Positions 35,192 through 42,859 of a stretch of 42,859 nt of DNA are shown here, piece by piece; within the stretch, counting starts at the first letter, position 1; the number at the start of each line of letters is the position of its first letter. The DNA lies in NCBI GenBank assembly GCA_035369485.1, contig DAOSMC010000002.1, forward strand, positions 1 through 42,859, written 5' to 3'. A program made the position numbers and the translations under genes. Below the pieces are notes generated by a model. It worked only from the letters and a program-made list of their open reading frames with translations, ran no database searches and had not been told where the DNA came from. Source of the DNA: Minisyncoccota bacterium (lineage in GTDB: Bacteria > Patescibacteriota > Minisyncoccia > UBA6257 > JAAZHW01).

Positions 35192-35283
35192 CCATTTCGT
35201 CGTTTTTTTCTTTTTCTCATTTCGGCGGCACCTATTTTTTTATGGTTCTGACGATATGCTCTATCTAAATTCACCGCTTTTTC

Positions 35284-35312
35284 TTGACATCGGTTTTTTT
35301 ATTTGTTAAAGT
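35284..35312 (+). promoter_or_regulatory. candidate promoter of rpsL-rpsG-fusA
   Basis: TTGACA (35284-35289), 17-nt spacer, TAAAGT (35307-35312). Confidence 0.5.
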
Positions 35313-35335
35313 ATTTAACATATAAAAATTAACGT

Positions 35336-35746
35336 ATGCCTACAATTAATCAATTAGTGAAAAAAGGAAGAAAGAAGGTTGTCTATAAAAGCAAGGCACC
35401 GGCTTTGTTATGGGGATTTAATTATAAAAAAAATCGACCCGTTAAATATCCCTCTCCGTTTAAACGTGGGGTTTGTTTGAAGGTTTTTACTACAACACCA
35501 AAGAAGCCGAATTCGGCTTTGCGCAAAGTGGCAAGAGTGCGATTGACCAATGGTATTGAAGTTACCGCCTACATTCCGGGTATTGGTCATAATTTGCAAG
35601 AACACTCCGTTGTTTTAGTGCGAGGCGGTCGAGTAAAAGATTTGCCTGGCGTGCGTTATCATATTGTGCGTGGAGTTTTGGATGCGGTGGGTGTAGAAAA
35701 TCGTCGGCAGCAACGTTCTAAATACGGAGCTAAAAAGCCGCAATAA
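35336..35746 (+). CDS. rpsL: 30S ribosomal protein S12
   Basis: 136 aa. [47 protein letters not shown]. Confidence 0.97.
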   Translation: MPTINQLVKKGRKKVVYKSKAPALLWGFNYKKNRPVKYPSPFKRGVCLKVFTTTPKKPNSALRKVARVRLTNGIEVTAYIPGIGHNLQEHSVVLVRGGRVKDLPGVRYHIVRGVLDAVGVENRRQQRSKYGAKKPQ

Positions 35747-35751
35747 AATTT

Positions 35752-36219
35752 ATGCGCAAGAAACATCGTCAAAAAAGAACCATCGAAGAAGATCTAATTT
35801 ATAACCGAGTTGAATGTACCCGATTTATTAATTATCTAATGCAACGCGGCCAAAAAGCAACGGCTGAAAAAAATTTTTATAAAGCGATGGAAATCATTAA
35901 AGAAAAAACCAAAAAAGATCCAATGGAAGTTTTTGATGCTGCCTTGAAAAATGTAGCGCCTATCGTAGAGGTAAAATCTCGTCGAATCGGCGGTGCCAAT
36001 TATCAAATTCCTCAAGAAGTAAAACCAGATCGACAGCTAACCTTGGCTTGCCGTTGGATTATTCAAGCAGTAAGAAGTCGAAGGGGCAAACCATTTTATG
36101 AAAAATTAGCGGAAGAAATTATTGCCGCTAGTAATAATGAAGGAGCAGCTATTAAAAAGAAACAGGATACGCATCGAATTGCCGAAGCTAATCGTGCCTT
36201 TGCTCGATTTTCCTGGTAA
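35752..36219 (+). CDS. rpsG: 30S ribosomal protein S7
   Basis: 155 aa. VEVKSRRIGGANYQIP, KKKQDTHRIAEANRAFA. Confidence 0.96.
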   Translation: MRKKHRQKRTIEEDLIYNRVECTRFINYLMQRGQKATAEKNFYKAMEIIKEKTKKDPMEVFDAALKNVAPIVEVKSRRIGGANYQIPQEVKPDRQLTLACRWIIQAVRSRRGKPFYEKLAEEIIAASNNEGAAIKKKQDTHRIAEANRAFARFSW

Positions 36220-36349
36220 TTATTGGTTTTAACGAGGATAAAAAAATAATCTAGACTTTGTAATTTAAATATTTAGTCGTTCAAATTATTATTTTGAGTG
36301 CTTGTTTGTTTGCGAGCATTCTGATTCTAAGATTTGAATTTTTAATTAT

Positions 36350-38455
36350 ATGCGAGAATATTCAATTGAAAAAACAAGGGATATTGGGATTATTGCTCAC
36401 ATTGACGCCGGAAAAACTACGGTGAGTGAGCGTATTTTATATTATACTGGTATTTCTCATAAAATTGGCGAAGTTCATGAAGGTGAAGCAATCATGGATT
36501 GGATGGAGCAAGAAAGAGAAAGAGGAATAACTATTACTTCAGCGGCTACAACGTGTTTTTGGACTCAAACATACAAAACGCCTGAGGAAAGAGCAAAAAA
36601 AGAATTTCGGATTAATTTAATTGATACGCCAGGGCACATTGATTTTACGGTTGAGGTTCAGCGTTCATTGAGGGTTTTGGATGGAGCGGTTGTGGTTTTT
36701 GATGGCGTAGCAGGAGTAGAGCCGCAATCAGAAACTGTTTGGCATCAAGCTGATAAATTTAAAGTGCCCCGCATTTGTTTTATAAATAAATTAGATCGAA
36801 TGGGCGCAAGCTTTGTTAATTCTTTAGCTTCTATTCGCGAGCGGTTGAATCCGAATGCCATGCCGGTTCAATTAAATATTGGTTTGGAATCTAGTTTTGA
36901 AGGTGTTATTGATTTGCTTCAAATGAAAGCCTTTACGTTTAGCGGAGATAAGGGGGAAATTATTAACGAGATACCCATTCCTCAAAATTTATTAGCCGAA
37001 GCAGAAAAATATCGTCATGAATTAGTAGAAAAAATTGTAGAAACAGACGATGCGCTCACCAATCGTTATTTAGAAGGAGAGGAAATTGGTATTGAGGAAC
37101 TACGAAAAGCACTTCGCAAAGCAACAATTGAAAGTAAAATTGTACCGGTTTTTTGTGGTTCGGCCTTAAGAAATAAAGGAGTTCAATTTTTATTGGATGG
37201 TGTAGTTGATTATTTACCATCGCCAGCTGATTTGCCGCCAGTGAAAGGATTTGATCCTAAAACTGGAACAGAAATTCTTCGTCAGGCAAGCGATGACGAG
37301 CCATTTACTGCTTTGGCCTTTAAAATTGCAACCGATCCTTTTATAGGAAATCTTGCTTATTTCCGTGTTTACTCAGGGACGCTCAAGCGAGGCAGTTATA
37401 TTTTAAATGCAACTAAAAATCAAAAAGAAAGAGCTGGTCGAATTGTCCGGATGCATTCAAATCATCGAGAAGAAGTTGAAGAAGTTTTTGCGGGTGATAT
37501 TGCTGCTCTTGTTGGTTTGAAATCCACCACAACAGGTGATACGCTTTGCGATGAGAGGCATCCTATAATTTTGGAGAAAATTGAATTTCCTGAACCCGTT
37601 ATTTCAATGCGCATTGAACCGAAAACCAAAGCCGATCAAGAAAAAATGAGTTTGGCTTTAAGAAAATTATCTGATGAAGATCCTACTTTTCAGGTTCACT
37701 CTGATCAAGAAACTGGCGAAACTATTATTGCGGGTATGGGAGAATTGCATCTAGATGTTCTAGTGGATCGTTTGCGACGCGAATTTAAAGTAGAAGCTGA
37801 TACTGGAAGACCTCAAGTGGCTTATAAAGAGACTATTAAAAGCACAGCTGAAGCCGAAGGAAAATATATTCGTCAAAGTGGTGGTCGTGGGCAATACGGT
37901 CATGTTTGGTTAAGAGTAGAGCCATTGGAACGAGGTAAAAATTTTGAATTTGTAGATGAAATTCGTAGTGGTGCTATTCCTCAAGAATTTATTCCGGCTG
38001 TTGAAAAGGGAGTCAGAGAAGCAGTTCAGAAAGGTGTTTTGGCAGGTTATCCTTTGCAAGATATTCGCGTTACATTATTTGATGGATCTTTTCATGAAGT
38101 GGATTCGTCGGAGTTTGCTTTTAAGATTGCTGCTTCGATGGCCTTGCAAGAAGCCGTGAAGAAAGCTAATCCAATTTTGTTAGAACCAATTATGAAGATT
38201 CAGGTAATTGTGCCGGCTAAATTTTTAGGAGAAGTGACGGGCGATTTAAATTCTCGGCGAGCTCGTATAGAGCAAATTAGCGATCGTTTAGATAGCAAAA
38301 TTATTGATGCAAAAGTACCTTTAGCGGAAATGTTTGGTTATGTGACAAATCTACGTTCTTTAACCGAAGGACGTGGCTTTATGACAATGGAGTTTGATCA
38401 CTATGAAGAAGTGCCAAAAAATATTACGGAACAAATTATTGCTGGCCGTAAGTAG
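36350..38455 (+). CDS. fusA: elongation factor G
   Basis: 701 aa. [29 protein letters not shown]. Confidence 0.97.
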   Translation: MREYSIEKTRDIGIIAHIDAGKTTVSERILYYTGISHKIGEVHEGEAIMDWMEQERERGITITSAATTCFWTQTYKTPEERAKKEFRINLIDTPGHIDFTVEVQRSLRVLDGAVVVFDGVAGVEPQSETVWHQADKFKVPRICFINKLDRMGASFVNSLASIRERLNPNAMPVQLNIGLESSFEGVIDLLQMKAFTFSGDKGEIINEIPIPQNLLAEAEKYRHELVEKIVETDDALTNRYLEGEEIGIEELRKALRKATIESKIVPVFCGSALRNKGVQFLLDGVVDYLPSPADLPPVKGFDPKTGTEILRQASDDEPFTALAFKIATDPFIGNLAYFRVYSGTLKRGSYILNATKNQKERAGRIVRMHSNHREEVEEVFAGDIAALVGLKSTTTGDTLCDERHPIILEKIEFPEPVISMRIEPKTKADQEKMSLALRKLSDEDPTFQVHSDQETGETIIAGMGELHLDVLVDRLRREFKVEADTGRPQVAYKETIKSTAEAEGKYIRQSGGRGQYGHVWLRVEPLERGKNFEFVDEIRSGAIPQEFIPAVEKGVREAVQKGVLAGYPLQDIRVTLFDGSFHEVDSSEFAFKIAASMALQEAVKKANPILLEPIMKIQVIVPAKFLGEVTGDLNSRRARIEQISDRLDSKIIDAKVPLAEMFGYVTNLRSLTEGRGFMTMEFDHYEEVPKNITEQIIAGRK

Positions 38456-38477
38456 GTTTTCTCCAAGATAAATTTTG

Positions 38478-38512
38478 GGGCCACTTGGAGAAAGCCAAGT
38501 GGCTCGTTTTTT
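38478..38512 (+). terminator. intrinsic terminator of fusA
   Basis: GCCACTTGG-AGAAAG-CCAAGTGGC (9-bp stem) followed by TCGTTTTTT. Confidence 0.8.
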
Positions 38513-38530
38513 GAAATAATCAATTGGAAA

Positions 38531-38579
38531 AGAGAGGGGCAGTGAAAAATTTCTTTGAAATTTTTCACTGCCCCTCTCT
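38531..38579. repeat. 49-nt perfect palindrome (23-bp arms, 3-nt centre)
   Basis: AGAGAGGGGCAGTGAAAAATTTC-TTT-GAAATTTTTCACTGCCCCTCTCT. Confidence 0.9.
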
Positions 38580-38619
38580 CCAGCTCATGAGTTAGCTCAT
38601 GAGCTAACTCATGAGCTGG
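38580..38619. repeat. 40-nt perfect palindrome made of three CTCATGAG octamers on a 12-nt period
   Basis: CCAG-CTCATGAG-TTAG-CTCATGAG-CTAA-CTCATGAG-CTGG. The whole 40-mer equals its own reverse complement. Confidence 0.9.
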
Positions 38620-38668
38620 ACATCATTCCTGTCTAAATTAGCAGAACCTTTTATATTAATCGATCATC

Positions 38669-38697
38669 TTGCAAAAACACTCCCAAATTTTTATAAT
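38669..38697 (+). promoter_or_regulatory. candidate promoter of ileS
   Basis: TTGCAA (38669-38674), 17-nt spacer, TATAAT (38692-38697). 15 nt to the ATG at 38713. Confidence 0.55.
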
Positions 38698-38712
38698 AAA
38701 AATACCACTTTT

Positions 38713-41592
38713 ATGATGTCCTTATTAGAAATCGAGAAAAAAATTTTAAATTTTTGGAAAGAAAATAAAATTTTTGAGAAATCACTTCAAAAAGAAGCGC
38801 CAAAAGGCGACTATGTTTTTTATGATGGTCCGCCTTTTGCTACTGGCACTCCTCATTATGGTCATCTTGTAGCCAGTTTAATGAAAGATATCGTGCCGCG
38901 TTATCAAACGATGCGAGGTTATCGTGTGGAAAGGAAATGGGGTTGGGATTGTCATGGCATGCCGATTGAAAATATTGTTGAAGAAAAATTAGGTTTAAAA
39001 ACAAAAAAGGATATTGAAAAAATTGGCATTGATAAATTTAATGAGCTTTGTCGTCAAAATGTTTTGCTTTATGTTGATGAATGGCGTAAGGTCATTGAAC
39101 GTTGGGGCCGCTGGGTAGATATGGATCATGCTTACAGAACTATGGATCTTGCTTATATGGAAAGCGTCTGGTGGGTATTTAAGGAATTATGGGATAAAAA
39201 ATTAATTTATGAAGGTTATAAGGCAATGCATATTTGTCCGCGTTGCGAAACGACGCTTTCTCAATATGAAGTAAGCGAAGGTTATAAAGATGTGATTGAT
39301 TTGGCAGTAACAGCGAAATTTGAATTAGCCGATGAACCAAATGTTTATATTTTGGCGTGGACGACGACGCCGTGGACTTTAATTGGCAATGTTGCTTTGG
39401 CAATAGGCGAAAATATTGAATATGTAAAATTTCGTCTGTCAAATCATCCGGATAAATTAGATGGAGTTTATATTGCTTCTAAAAATTATTTTGAAAAATA
39501 TCAAAAGTTCATTGCTGAAAATCCAAATTTAGCTTCAGTAAAATTAGAGCTAATAGAACAAATCGCTGCGTCAAAATTAGTAGGCCGACGTTATCAGCCG
39601 CTATTTGATTACTACTTAAATAAGCCATTAGAGCATAAAGAAAATCTCTATACTATTCAGCCAGCTAATTTTGTGACTATTGAAGATGGAACAGGAGTTG
39701 TGCATATTGCGCCGGCTTTTGGCGAAGAAGATATGGCTTTGGGATTAGAAAAGAAGTTGCCGTTTATTCAGCATGTCGGAATGGATGGTCGTTTTAAAGA
39801 AGAAGTGAAAGACTTTGCAGGTTTGGATGTAAAACCAAGAGAAGCACCCACTTTTACTGATGAAAAAGTCGTTGATTTTCTAAAAAAGAAAAATCTTATT
39901 TTTGAAGTGGAACCTTATACACATAGTTATCCTTATTGCTGGCGTTGTTATTCACCACTTCTAAACTATGCTACTTCTTCACTTTTTGTTAATGTTACAG
40001 CTTTGAAAAACCGACTTCTAAAAAATGCAGAATTTATTAATTGGGTGCCGGCTCATATTAAAGAAGGGCGATTTGGCAAATGGCTTGAAGGCGCGCGGGA
40101 TTGGGCAATTTCACGTCAACGTTATTGGGGTTCTGTGATTCCTTTATGGGTTTGTGATCAATGTGGTGAAAAAAAAGTTATTGGATCAGTAAAAGAGTTA
40201 GAAGATTTAACAGGAGAAAAAATAGAAGACCTGCACAAGCATTTTATTGATAAGCTGCAATTTCAATGCGAGAAGTGTGGCGGCACAATGAAAAGAATTC
40301 CCGATGTTTTGGATTGTTGGTTTGAATCTGGTTCAATGCCTTACGCTCAATTGCACTATCCTTTTGAAAATAAAGAAAAATTTGAGAAAAATTTTCCCGC
40401 TGAATTTATTGCTGAGGGCGTTGATCAAACAAGGGCATGGTTTTATTATTTGCATGTTTTAGCCACAGCTTTAAAGGATAAGTCCGCTTTCAAAAATGTT
40501 GTTGTAAATGGAATTGTTTTGGCAGAAGATGGTAAAAAAATGTCAAAGCATTTAAAAAATTATACTGATCCCTTAGAAGTAATGGAAAAATATGGAGCCG
40601 ATCCGATGCGTTATTATTTAGCAACCTCCCAAGTTATGGAAGCAGAAGATTTATGCTTTTCTGAAAAGGGTGTGGAGGAAGTTTTAAAAAAAGTAATTTT
40701 TATTCTTTTAAATGTTTTAAGTTTTTACAATCTTTATGCAAAACAGCAAAAGATTTTATTGATACCACATTTCAATAATGTTTTGGATAGCTGGATTGTA
40801 TCACGACTTGAATCTTTAAAAGAAGAAATGACGGAGCAATATGAACAATACAATTTGGCGAAAGCCAATCGCCCTATCGCTGAATTTATTGATGATTTAT
40901 CTACTTGGTATGTAAGGCGATCCAGAGAACGATTTAAGAATGGCGACGAAGAAGCTAAAGAGGTTTTAGGATATGTGCTTTTGGAATTAGCTAAAGTTAT
41001 TGCGCCAGTGATGCCTTTTGTAGCCGAATATATTTATAAAGAAATTGGCGGCAGCAAAGAGTCGGTCCATTTAGAAGATTGGCCAACAGTAAATAAAAAT
41101 CTTATTAATCCAGAGGTTTTGGAAAAGATGAAGCAAACGCGCAAGGCAGTAGAAATTGGTTTAGCCTTACGCTCGGAACATCAAATAAAAATTCGCCAGC
41201 CCTTAAAACTTATTCAATTTAGTGACGAAGAAATGTTTAATAATTTGTATGAGGATATAGTAAAAGAAGAATTAAATGTTAAAGAAATAGCCCTTGGAGA
41301 TAAAGATTGGTTAGATACGGAAATTACGCCTGAATTAGAGGAAGAGGGCATGTTGCGAGAATTAACGCGAAGTATTAATCAGCTCCGCAAAGAAAAGGGC
41401 TTAAAAATTGATGAGAAAAATGTTATTCTAGAATATGAGACAGAAGATATAAATTTAAAGAATCTTATTGAGAAATCAGAGGCAGATTTAAAAAAAAGTT
41501 GCCTATTAAAAACAATTGAATCAACAACAGGACTGACAACGTTTAAAGAATTAGAAATTAATGGGCAAAAAATTAAATTGAATTTAAAATAG
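38713..41592 (+). CDS. ileS: isoleucyl-tRNA synthetase (eukaryote-like type 2)
   Basis: About 960 aa from MMSLLEIEKKIL. PPFATGTPHYGHLV, DWAISRQRYWG, KMSKHLKNY. The track start at 38611 would translate the palindrome and promoter, so the ATG at 38713 is preferred. Confidence 0.93.
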   Translation: MMSLLEIEKKILNFWKENKIFEKSLQKEAPKGDYVFYDGPPFATGTPHYGHLVASLMKDIVPRYQTMRGYRVERKWGWDCHGMPIENIVEEKLGLKTKKDIEKIGIDKFNELCRQNVLLYVDEWRKVIERWGRWVDMDHAYRTMDLAYMESVWWVFKELWDKKLIYEGYKAMHICPRCETTLSQYEVSEGYKDVIDLAVTAKFELADEPNVYILAWTTTPWTLIGNVALAIGENIEYVKFRLSNHPDKLDGVYIASKNYFEKYQKFIAENPNLASVKLELIEQIAASKLVGRRYQPLFDYYLNKPLEHKENLYTIQPANFVTIEDGTGVVHIAPAFGEEDMALGLEKKLPFIQHVGMDGRFKEEVKDFAGLDVKPREAPTFTDEKVVDFLKKKNLIFEVEPYTHSYPYCWRCYSPLLNYATSSLFVNVTALKNRLLKNAEFINWVPAHIKEGRFGKWLEGARDWAISRQRYWGSVIPLWVCDQCGEKKVIGSVKELEDLTGEKIEDLHKHFIDKLQFQCEKCGGTMKRIPDVLDCWFESGSMPYAQLHYPFENKEKFEKNFPAEFIAEGVDQTRAWFYYLHVLATALKDKSAFKNVVVNGIVLAEDGKKMSKHLKNYTDPLEVMEKYGADPMRYYLATSQVMEAEDLCFSEKGVEEVLKKVIFILLNVLSFYNLYAKQQKILLIPHFNNVLDSWIVSRLESLKEEMTEQYEQYNLAKANRPIAEFIDDLSTWYVRRSRERFKNGDEEAKEVLGYVLLELAKVIAPVMPFVAEYIYKEIGGSKESVHLEDWPTVNKNLINPEVLEKMKQTRKAVEIGLALRSEHQIKIRQPLKLIQFSDEEMFNNLYEDIVKEELNVKEIALGDKDWLDTEITPELEEEGMLRELTRSINQLRKEKGLKIDEKNVILEYETEDINLKNLIEKSEADLKKSCLLKTIESTTGLTTFKELEINGQKIKLNLK

Positions 41593-41615
41593 AAAGATTA
41601 ATTAAAAAAACTTTT

Positions 41616-42859
41616 ATGACTGTTAAAGAAGAAAAAATTATTCATAAAAAAATAACTAAAAGGAGCGAAGATTATTCGCAGTGGTATTTAGATGTGATTG
41701 ATGCAGCAGAATTAGCTGAGTATGGGCCAGTAAAAGGTTGCATGGTGATTCGGCCTTATGGTTATGCAATTTGGGAGCGCATTCAAAGCATTTTGGATCA
41801 GCGATTTAAAGAAACCGGTGTGCAAAATGCCTATTTCCCTTTATTTATTCCTGAGCGTCTTTTGGAAAGAGAAAAGGATCATGTCAAAGGATTTGCGCCA
41901 GAGGTGGCGGTTGTGACTCATGCCGGCGGCAAAAAGTTAGCCGAACCGTTGGTAATTCGGCCGACCTCAGAAACAGTAATGTATGAAGTTTTTGCTCGCT
42001 GGATTCATTCTTATCGTGATCTCCCTTTGCTTATCAATCAATGGGTTAATGTAGTAAGATGGGAAATGCGGCCGCGATTATTTTTAAGAACAGTAGAATT
42101 TTTATGGCAGGAAGGTCATACAGTTCATGCTACTGAAACGGAAGCAGATGAACGAGCGCGATTGATGCTCCGGATTTATAAAGATTTTGCAGAAGATATT
42201 ATGGCCATTCCAGTGGTTGATGGAGTCAAGCCGGATTTAGAAAAATTTGCTGGAGCCCAAAACACCTATACTGTAGAAGCAATGATGCAAGATGGTAAAT
42301 CATTGCAATTCGCTACGTCACATAATTTGGGGCAAAATTTTTCTAAAGTTTTCAATATTAAATTTTTTGATAAAGATACTAAAGAATATTATGCTTGGCA
42401 AACAAGTTGGGGATTAAGTACACGAACAATTGGCGGATTAATTATGACTCATGGCGATGATAACGGACTGGTTTTGCCACCGAAGATTGCGCCTATAGAG
42501 GTTGTTTTGACTACTATTGAAACCGGTCAACGTGATGCTAGTCTCAAACAAAAAGCCGAAGAAATCAGCGGCATTTTAAAAACTAAAAATATTCGTTCGC
42601 AGGTTGATAGTAGAGATTTGAGACCGGGCGAAAAATTTTATGAATGGGAGAAAAAAGGCGTGCCTCTCAGAATTGAAGTGGGAACCAAAGAAATGAAAGA
42701 GGATGTTTTTACAGTAGCACGACGTGATACCGGAGAAAAAATAAAAATTCCCTTTAATCAATTAGCCAATGAAATAGAAAAAACTTTAGAATCTATTCAA
42801 AATAATCTTTTCGAAAAAGCTTTAGCAATGCGGCAGTCTCGTACTAAAATTGTAGATAA
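41616..42859 (+). CDS. proS: prolyl-tRNA synthetase, archaeal/eukaryotic type, 3'-truncated by the window end
   Basis: My own translation from the ATG at 41616 gives MTVKEEKIIHKKITKRSEDYSQWYLDVIDAAELAEYGPVKGCMVIRPYGYAIWERIQ...RPTSETVMY...FLWQEGHT. The frame stays open to the last base. It is absent from the ORF track because no stop codon is reached. Confidence 0.88.
   Translation, partial: MTVKEEKIIHKKITKRSEDYSQWYLDVIDAAELAEYGPVKGCMVIRPYGYAIWERIQSILDQRFKETGVQNAYFPLFIPERLLEREKDHVKGFAPEVAVVTHAGGKKLAEPLVIRPTSETVMYEVFARWIHSYRDLPLLINQWVNVVRWEMRPRLFLRTVEFLWQEGHTVHATETEADERARLMLRIYKDFAEDIMAIPVVDGVKPDLEKFAGAQNTYTVEAMMQDGKSLQFATSHNLGQNFSKVFNIKFFDKDTKEYYAWQTSWGLSTRTIGGLIMTHGDDNGLVLPPKIAPIEVVLTTIETGQRDASLKQKAEEISGILKTKNIRSQVDSRDLRPGEKFYEWEKKGVPLRIEVGTKEMKEDVFTVARRDTGEKIKIPFNQLANEIEKTLESIQNNLFEKALAMRQSRTKIVD

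Noticed and set aside
36220-36349. 130-nt rpsG-fusA spacer as a regulatory element
   Set aside because: Only weak, short pairings are present (for example TGCT/AGCA around 36300-36322) and there is no convincing promoter or terminator. I could not support a call.
38611-38712. ORF-track start of ileS at 38611 (adds 34 aa, MSWTSFLSKLAEPF...)
   Set aside because: The extension begins inside the 40-nt palindrome and covers the TTGCAA-17-TATAAT promoter candidate. The conserved IleRS N-terminus begins at MMSLLEIEKKIL, so the start at 38713 is preferred.
38456-38712. T-box or other riboswitch leader upstream of ileS (and 41593-41615 upstream of proS)
   Set aside because: I saw no specifier-loop or T-box consensus (AAUUAGGGUGGUACCGCG-like). 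The best promoter lies only 15 nt from the ATG, and the proS spacer is only 23 nt.

Overview
This is a tightly packed, AT-rich bacterial chromosome segment (mid-30s % G+C by eye, not computed), and most of it is information-processing genes. These are rpoB-rpoC, rpsO-(NYN)-pnp, nusA-tig-clpP, rplS, rpsL-rpsG-fusA, ileS and proS (proS runs off the window end). Also present: two ychF paralogues, tgt-queH, an endonuclease-Q-like PHP protein, a Xer-type recombinase, a two-ORF ComEC, CorA, YvcK, RbfA, a phosphohexomutase and two SAM methyltransferases. There are five tRNA genes (Lys fragment, Ser-UGA, Leu-GAG, Cys-GCA, Leu-CAA), and none encodes CCA. The genetic code is standard, since TGA terminates conserved genes. 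The gene style suggests a small-genome uncultivated lineage such as Patescibacteria/CPR, but that is inference only. The supporting traits are eukaryote/archaeal-type IleRS and ProRS, ComEC, tails on ribosomal/RNAP/PNPase proteins, almost no Shine-Dalgarno motifs and many overlapping start/stop codons. I saw no rRNA, CRISPR array, transposase or recognisable defence system. Three things are not explained by ordinary annotation. (1) A ~605-nt gene-free island follows tRNA-Leu(CAA) (30208-30812). It holds a 68% GC structured 144-nt insert bracketed by 30-nt direct repeats of the tRNA 3' end, then a 3+2 array of TGTCATYCT sites, then an orphan terminator. (2) Two abutting perfect palindromes (49 and 40 nt) lie between fusA and ileS; the second is built from three CTCATGAG octamers. 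(3) A loose family of GC-clamped perfect palindromes occurs across the window, and some sit where a terminator makes no sense. At the protein level the oddities are a membrane-anchored Clp/Hsp100 with a dead first ATPase domain, a sigma-region-4/HARE-HTH fusion coupled to a membrane protein, a NYN nuclease inside the rpsO-pnp operon, ComEC split exactly at an A7 run, and a CorA with SMN in place of GMN.
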